A stretch of DNA of 64,000 nt from contig CAWDVR010000002.1 in assembly GCA_963805975.1 (NCBI GenBank), forward strand, positions 224,001 through 288,000. Direction: 5' to 3'. The notes under the pieces were generated by a model. It made no database searches. It saw only the letters and a list, made by a program, of their open reading frames with translations, and was not told the DNA's origin. A program made the translations under genes and the position numbers. Positions 58,690 through 64,000 of this stretch are shown here, one piece after another; positions within the stretch are counted from its first letter, which is position 1; every line of letters begins with the position of its first letter. Source of the DNA: an uncultured Acidobacteriota bacterium (lineage in GTDB: Bacteria; Acidobacteriota; Thermoanaerobaculia; Multivoradales; SZUA-115).

Positions 58690-61120
58690 CCATCGCTGGA
58701 ATTCGCTAAGGGCTAAGCGTTGTCAGTAGACTATTGTCACCAAGTTGGCGTCCTCGCTCTCATCCTCCCAGCTCACCTCGGGAGTCCATTCCTCGCAATT
58801 TTTCTTGCTCACCCTCCCATACTGGACATCCTTCAAGGACTCACACATACGCCGGATCGTCCTTGCAGGTCCCTCGGCGGGGTTCAGCTTATGAAACTGC
58901 CGCAAAACCGCCTCGGACACCTCGACTACATCAGGGAAAAAGCGATGAATCATAACAGCCCCTAAATAGACCTGCTCCAGTCGCGCCTCAGATTGCAGCA
59001 ACGATGTATCATGACGATAGGCATCTTCAAGCGACTCAAAATCAATCCTCTCCTGGAGTGTCATCCTTGATCGAAAGTCGCTCAATTTTTCGCCCCTGGG
59101 GAGACGACCGTCATCTATACCTGTCCCAGCAAACAACCAAACACAAGGGTGCAGATTGAAACTCCTCCCCTTCCGTACATAGAAACCTTCTTCAAGAGGA
59201 GACAAGAAAGCACCATACACGTGACTACTGCTCAAAGTCGCATTGATCTCGTCCACAAAAACCAGAAGATCCGTGTCGTCATTCGCCTGCCGCGTAGCGA
59301 CTGAATCAAAGAGTTCCAGTAGATCATCACGATGGAGCATCTGAGTGATGTCAAAGCGCAAGAACGAGAAACCGAAAGCCTCTGCCAAAGACTTTGCTAG
59401 AAAGGTCTTTCCGGCACCAGGGTCTGCCTGCAGCAGTATACTGAGCGGAGGATGACGCCTTGCACCGTTCCTGAAACTGCGCAACGCACGACCGATCCGG
59501 CCGATTATTCGCTTCTTCTCAGTTATACATGCCACATAGCCTGGCAAGAATGTGCCGCCGCGCCAAACTGCGAGAAATGAGCGATTCTTCGATTGAAGGA
59601 GTCCAAGATGTGAGCGTGCTTGCTTCCATTTCTTTTCTTCCTCGCTCCAAGAGCTATGGCGTACGCTGGGTTGGAGAACAGAAGGCTCTCCAAAGGGACT
59701 AGGTGATCGTATGCCAGCCAGGTGGTCAGCCTCTTCAATCGCAGAACCCAGGTCTGTCTGATCGAGGTGCTGATGCCCCTTGCGCAAGATCTTCTCAACG
59801 AAGGTCGCGAAGACGGCGGTCGGCCATCCAAGCTGCGTCGTCGGCGTGGACTTGCTTTGAGATGTTCCGGTGACGCATAGGTTTTGGTCCCGAAAGCACG
59901 CTACGACTTCGCGATGCTCAGACAGAAGAACAACATTGTTGCCCGGCAGGGAATTGACAGTCTCCAACGCATGCAGGGTGACTCTATCGTCACGAAGCCA
60001 GGTGTCCCATGGATTTATCTTGGCTGCAAGCTCAGGGCCTATAACCAGCAGATCAAGCTTCGATCCCAGCGACGGTAGCCAGGGCGGGCGATGGTCTTTG
60101 CTGCGAACACACCAGCGCGATTCGGAGTACATACCGAGAAGCTCGGCGATCAACCCTGGACTGACGGCACCCTTTCGGAGATCGTTCACGACAATTAAAG
60201 GGTTGGACTCTCGAGGAGGGAGAGTAAACATCGAAAGGTTACGGGTTGGCGGATTGCTACCGGGAAGCTCCCAATCAATACGGCTTAGCTGCTGGATACC
60301 GTCTGGACCTCGATGGTACAAACGCACCACCCGTGTTGTAGGCCCATCTGGAGCAAGGGTAAGTAGCTTCAGGCTCGGCGCTATTTCACAGACCTTGCGT
60401 ACGAGACGGAAGCCGGCTTCATTTGAAGGGCACGAGGGATAGTCTTGCGCATGAACCAGATGCGCGATCAGGTCGGTATCCTCGTCGTTCCAGCAGCCTA
60501 TTCCAATAATCTCGCAGGCCGAGGAGGGTGGATGAAAGTGACTGAGTATGCGAGCTACGTGACCGGCACCGCAGAGATCGGAGACCGTATCTTTCCGGCC
60601 ACTCGAAAGTCGATAGTGTGCGAAGCCTGTGTGAGAGGCAATCTGCGAGTGGTGGCGCACGAGGAACCAGTACTCGTCTACTACCCAATCCCCGACAACG
60701 ATTATTACGCGACTGGCGGCTGACTCCTCAGTGACTGACGTGGACATTCCTCTGTTCCCCCAGAGTGTGTGCCTAGGTACTGTTCCGACCTGGTTCCGTC
60801 TGCTCTCTCACTGTGTCCTATCAAGACGCGTGGAAGCGCCTCAGAGGACGCGCCTCCGGTTTCTTCTCGGATACCAGCGATCCTCGATACGCTCCGAGCC
60901 CAAGCTCCTCTCAATCGGCAGGAACAAACTGTGTGGCAATCAATGACAGGGTGTCAAATACGCATATTTGCTGGCCGCGATATCACCGGAACAATGGGAC
61001 CCCGGCCACGAAGGAAGGTAGTACTGCACAGCGAGGCACCGAGCAAGATCCGCCTTCTAGATAGGGCCTGGATGAGTCCCGAAGACTCGTCTATCCACCT
61101 GTGCTGCTGCTCGCCCGAAG
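58690..61120. other. Low-GC (horizontally acquired) islet
   Basis: Clearly lower GC and many A/T-ending codons compared with both flanks. Confidence 0.75.
58723..60747 (-). CDS. Low-GC fusion protein: HldE/PfkB-like N-terminal domain + AAA+ ATPase
   Basis: IVVGDWVVDEYW, GAGHVA, TTRVVRL..QQLSRID, NDLRKG resemble the RfaE/HldE kinase domain. Walker A ADPGAGKT, Walker B LVFVDE. Confidence 0.72.
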   Translation of the reverse strand: MSTSVTEESAASRVIIVVGDWVVDEYWFLVRHHSQIASHTGFAHYRLSSGRKDTVSDLCGAGHVARILSHFHPPSSACEIIGIGCWNDEDTDLIAHLVHAQDYPSCPSNEAGFRLVRKVCEIAPSLKLLTLAPDGPTTRVVRLYHRGPDGIQQLSRIDWELPGSNPPTRNLSMFTLPPRESNPLIVVNDLRKGAVSPGLIAELLGMYSESRWCVRSKDHRPPWLPSLGSKLDLLVIGPELAAKINPWDTWLRDDRVTLHALETVNSLPGNNVVLLSEHREVVACFRDQNLCVTGTSQSKSTPTTQLGWPTAVFATFVEKILRKGHQHLDQTDLGSAIEEADHLAGIRSPSPFGEPSVLQPSVRHSSWSEEEKKWKQARSHLGLLQSKNRSFLAVWRGGTFLPGYVACITEKKRIIGRIGRALRSFRNGARRHPPLSILLQADPGAGKTFLAKSLAEAFGFSFLRFDITQMLHRDDLLELFDSVATRQANDDTDLLVFVDEINATLSSSHVYGAFLSPLEEGFYVRKGRSFNLHPCVWLFAGTGIDDGRLPRGEKLSDFRSRMTLQERIDFESLEDAYRHDTSLLQSEARLEQVYLGAVMIHRFFPDVVEVSEAVLRQFHKLNPAEGPARTIRRMCESLKDVQYGRVSKKNCEEWTPEVSWEDESEDANLVTIVY

Positions 61121-61122
61121 CC

Positions 61123-61142
61123 GTAGGGACAAACGCCCCTAC
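61123..61142. repeat. Degenerate GTAG-type REP at islet right boundary
   Basis: GTAGGGACAAACGCCCCTAC; includes the esterase TAG stop. Confidence 0.45.
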
Positions 61143-61822
61143 CCGAGGCAGGAGGCCAGGAACTCCCCGATCTTCGCCCGTAGCTCCGCGGTGAGCTCGT
61201 GGCCGCCGTGGAAGACGAAGGTCTCTGCCTCGACGCCCTTGCCGTGGAGCGCCGCGAGATCGCGCTCCATCTGCTCGGTCGGGTAGGAGGCGTCGGCGTC
61301 GCCACGCGCCAGCAGCACTCGGGGAAAATCTGTGAGATCAGCCGCGAGCACGTCCGGCGGCACGTCGGCGGCGAGCGCCACCAGGCCGCGTGCCGGGTGC
61401 CCGGCGAACGCCGCCGCCCGGTACGCCATGGCCACACCCTGGGAGAAACCGAGATAGAAGAGCGCCTCGCCCACCGGGTGCCGGTGTTTCAGGTCGTCCA
61501 CCACCGCTGCCGCGTAGCGCACGTTGTCGGCGATCGCCAGCTCCCGGTTGAAGCGCGTCATCCAGCTCGCCGCGATCTCGCCCGACCGGCCGCGGTAGAA
61601 GGTGTGGAGGGCCTGCACCGAGGCAATCAAGAACTGCTCCGCGCCGGGCAGGCGCTCGAGATCGGGAAGCAGGTCCGCGGCGGTCTGCGCGTAGCCGTGA
61701 AAGCCCACCAGCAGTGGCCAAGGCCCCGGTTCAGCCGGCGCCCGCTCGAGGAAATGGCCGTGGGTCGCGGTCTCGATCTGGCGGCCCGCGGCACTGCCCG
61801 TACGCTCGTTGGGCTCGCTCAT
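61139..61822 (-). CDS. Phospholipase/carboxylesterase (alpha/beta hydrolase)
   Basis: GFHGY, GFSQG nucleophile, GDAD, GGHE. ATG at 61822 overlaps the trpA stop. Confidence 0.88.
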   Translation of the reverse strand: MSEPNERTGSAAGRQIETATHGHFLERAPAEPGPWPLLVGFHGYAQTAADLLPDLERLPGAEQFLIASVQALHTFYRGRSGEIAASWMTRFNRELAIADNVRYAAAVVDDLKHRHPVGEALFYLGFSQGVAMAYRAAAFAGHPARGLVALAADVPPDVLAADLTDFPRVLLARGDADASYPTEQMERDLAALHGKGVEAETFVFHGGHELTAELRAKIGEFLASCLG

Positions 61823-62657
61823 CGCCGCCTCCAGGGCAGCCGGGAGCGCTCGTGGAGCGGCCCCGACAGCTCCCGCACCCGCGCCTCGACCGCCGAGGGG
61901 AGGCTCGCCTGGCCGCGCCTCTCCTCCACCAGCCGCACCAGGGCGCTCCCCACCACCACGCCGTCGGCAGCCTGGGCCACGGTCGCCACCTGCTCCGGGG
62001 TCGAGATGCCGAAACCCACCGCCACCGGCTGCGGCAGCTTCTTGCGCAGCGCGCGCACCTCGGCCAGCAGGCGCGCCGGCAGCCGCTGCCGCTCGCCGGT
62101 GACGCCGGTCGTCGAGACGTAGTAGACGAAGCCGCTCGAGCTCTCGCTCACCCGCTCGATCCGGCGCCGGTCCGAGGTCGGCGCCAGGAGGAAGATGGTG
62201 TCGATGCCGTGCCGCAGCAGGGCGGGCACGAGGTCCAGGGCGCCTTCCTCGGGCGGCAGGTCCAGACACAGCACGCCGTCCACCCCCGAGGCCGCCGCCT
62301 GTTCGGCGAAGCGCTCGATGCCGCGGGCGAGGATGGGATTGAAGTAGGAGAAGAGGACGATGGGCACCCCGATGCGGCGCCGCGTCCGCGCCACCAGCTC
62401 GAGCACCTTGGCGAGCGTGGTGCCGGCGGCGAGCGCCCGCGCGGCGGCGCGCTGGATCACCGGGCCGTCGGCGATCGGGTCCGAGAACGGCACTCCGAGC
62501 TCGATCAGGTCCGCGCCTCCCGCTGCCGCGGCCTCGAGCAGCTTGCCGCTCGTCGGCAGGTCCGGGTCGCCCGCCATCAGGAAGGGGATGAACGCTGCCC
62601 GCTTCTCGGCGCGGCAGCGTGCGAAGGCCCGCGCGATCCCTCCGGCAGGCTGATTCA

Positions 62658-62661
<4 letters not shown>
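61819..62661 (-). CDS. trpA: Tryptophan synthase alpha chain
   Basis: [48 protein letters not shown]. Confidence 0.97.
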
Positions 62662-63980
<1,319 letters not shown>

Positions 63981-64000
63981 CGTGTACCTCCAGGATCAAC

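Noticed and set aside
60750-61135. Short ORFs upstream of the low-GC ATPase gene as a partner (antitoxin/effector) gene
   Set aside because: No convincing RBS, motifs or coding bias; treated as a promoter/intergenic region.

Overview
GC-rich bacterial DNA (about 70% GC by eye), most likely Acidobacteriota (Thermoanaerobaculia-like), judged from an ADOP-type permease and an 'AATLLLPYFEVD' secreted protein. Positions 1-15 kb hold part of an NRPS cluster on the minus strand: a C-A-T gene, an M20 hydrolase, a MacB/ADOP permease and a large C-A-T-C-T-C-A NRPS that runs off the window after a probable 1-nt frameshift near 588. Two adenylation domains of the large NRPS each carry a ~320-bp mosaic of three REP-like palindromes. 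Both are translated in frame as ~105-aa inserts, at slightly different points of the same A2-A3 loop; this is the most striking unexplained structure in the window. The remainder holds a leuB-like dehydrogenase, an FHA-GGDEF cyclase, proline metabolism genes, an orphan BoxB-like di-iron protein, xdhC/mocA/coxD/coxE, a MetE-like protein, a putative effector with LAPHV repeats, lipA and nadABC with a NadQ-type operator and nadQ. It also holds an internally deleted aac(6')-I-like pseudogene, rtcB behind an RBS-occluding hairpin, a class III (CheA-like) kinase-CheY-CheX-MHYT operon, potABCD divergent from a kamA + 2 ATP-grasp + GNAT + AI-2E operon, an M16 peptidase pair, an SRPBCC gene with a perfect operator palindrome, a low-GC island encoding an HldE/PfkB-like + AAA ATPase fusion, and trpBA. 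All assignments come from motif recognition by eye; no database searches were run.
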